From an uncultured Actinomycetes bacterium (GTDB lineage: Bacteria; Actinomycetota; Thermoleophilia; UBA2241): a DNA stretch of 64,000 nucleotides. Of the stretch, positions 62,990 through 64,000 are shown one piece after another. The stretch is from assembly GCA_963725665.1 (NCBI GenBank), contig CAVRZA010000002.1, forward strand, positions 192,001 through 256,000. The letters are read 5' to 3'. The stretch's first letter is position 1. Each line of letters begins with the position of its first letter. The notes under the pieces were generated by a model that saw nothing but the letters and a program-made list of their open reading frames with translations, had not been told where the DNA came from and did not search any database. The position numbers and the translations under genes were made by a program.

Positions 62990-63043
62990 ACATATGCGGA
63001 TAAGCGAATATGTGCACTGTAGCACAAGCGGCCTCGCTGTCAA
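62990..63043 (-). promoter_or_regulatory. arsR promoter with a downstream palindromic operator
   Basis: TTGACA (63043-63038), N16, TG-n-TACAGT (63021-63016); operator ACATATGCG-N6-CGAATATGT (62990-63013). Confidence 0.72.
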
Positions 63044-63173
63044 CGGCCCGAGTCCGCCGCCGCCGGTCGCCGACGGCCGACTATACTGTTCGTGCCCTGG
63101 GGTACAAAAAGGATGGCGCCTCGGACGCCCGGGCGCCGGCGGTCTCGAGAAGATGGACAAGGAAGGAGGGTCG

Positions 63174-64000
63174 ATGGCACTGCCAATGCGCAAGCTCGGC
63201 CGGGACGGGCCGCAGATCACGACCCTTGGCATGGGCACGTGGGCGCTCGGCGGAGGCGGCTGGGCGTTCGGCTGGGGCCCGCAGGACGACGCCCAGTCGG
63301 TCGCGGCCGTCAGACACGCGGTGGAGCGGGGTGTGAACTGGGTCGACACGGCGGCCGTGTACGGGCACGGGCACTCCGAGGAAGTCGTCGGCAGGGCAGT
63401 GCGCGCGCTGCCCGAGGCGGAGCGTCCCTACGTCTTCACGAAGTGCGGCCCGGCGTGGGATGAGAGCGACCCCATGAAGGACGCCCCCTCGGATCTCAGC
63501 CCGGACGTCCATCCGCCGCGCGTGTGAGGCGTCTCTGCGCCGTCTCGGCCTGGACCACATCGACCTCTACCAGTTCCACTGGCCCGACGAGAGCGGCGTG
63601 CCGGTCGAGGAGTCGTGGGCCACGATGGCGGCACTGGCCGACGAGGGCAAGGTGCGCTGGTGCGGGGTCTCCAACTTCTCGACCGAGCTGCTCGACCGCT
63701 GCGAGGCGGTCAGGCACGTCGACTCCCTGCAGCCGCCGTTCTCGCTCATCGAGCGCGAGGCGGCGAGCCGCGAGCTGCCGTGGTGCCGCCAGCACGACAC
63801 GGGGGTGATCGTCTACAGCCCGATGCAGTCGGGTCTGCTCACGAGCTCGTTCTCCAAGGAGCGCGTCGCGGCGCTGGCCCGACGACGACTGGCGCAAGCG
63901 TGACGACGATTTCCGCGAGCCTGCTCTGTCGCGCAATCTGACGCTGCGCGACCTGCTGCGATCGATCGCCGAGCGTCTCGGCGCGACGGTCGAGGCGGTG
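63174..64000 (+). CDS. Aldo/keto reductase (partial, frameshifted)
   Basis: GMGTWALGG, DTAAVYG, TKCG, IDLYQFHWPD, GVSNFS, YSPMQSGLL. Confidence 0.9.

Overview
A very GC-rich bacterial chromosomal segment, probably from Actinomycetota and possibly an anaerobic Thermoleophilia-like lineage. That placement is inferred from GC content, a mycofactocin-type SDR, DUF5996, IOR/PaaK and a LonC-type protease; it is not proven. More than 20 otherwise intact genes carry 1-2 nt indels, most likely uncorrected long-read errors, so many gene boundaries were rebuilt by hand across frames. The window holds about 68 accessory genes: an aromatic 2-oxoacid/acyl-CoA cluster (iorA-iorB-paaK), xpaC-telA, four ABC-2 exporter modules, two DHA2 MFS pumps, eight VOC/glyoxalase genes, a serpin, a LonC protease, a ferredoxin / flavoprotein / cytochrome b-like / nonaheme cytochrome c operon, and an ArsR-controlled FAD/CCG oxidoreductase. 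The most notable structure is not in the ORF track: an integrase-less integron remnant at about 34.9-36.1 kb, made of a Pc-like promoter, an attI-like site, a DUF4177-like cassette with a complete 66-bp attC, and a methyltransferase cassette with a truncated attC. I found no rRNA, tRNA, CRISPR array, transposase or integrase.
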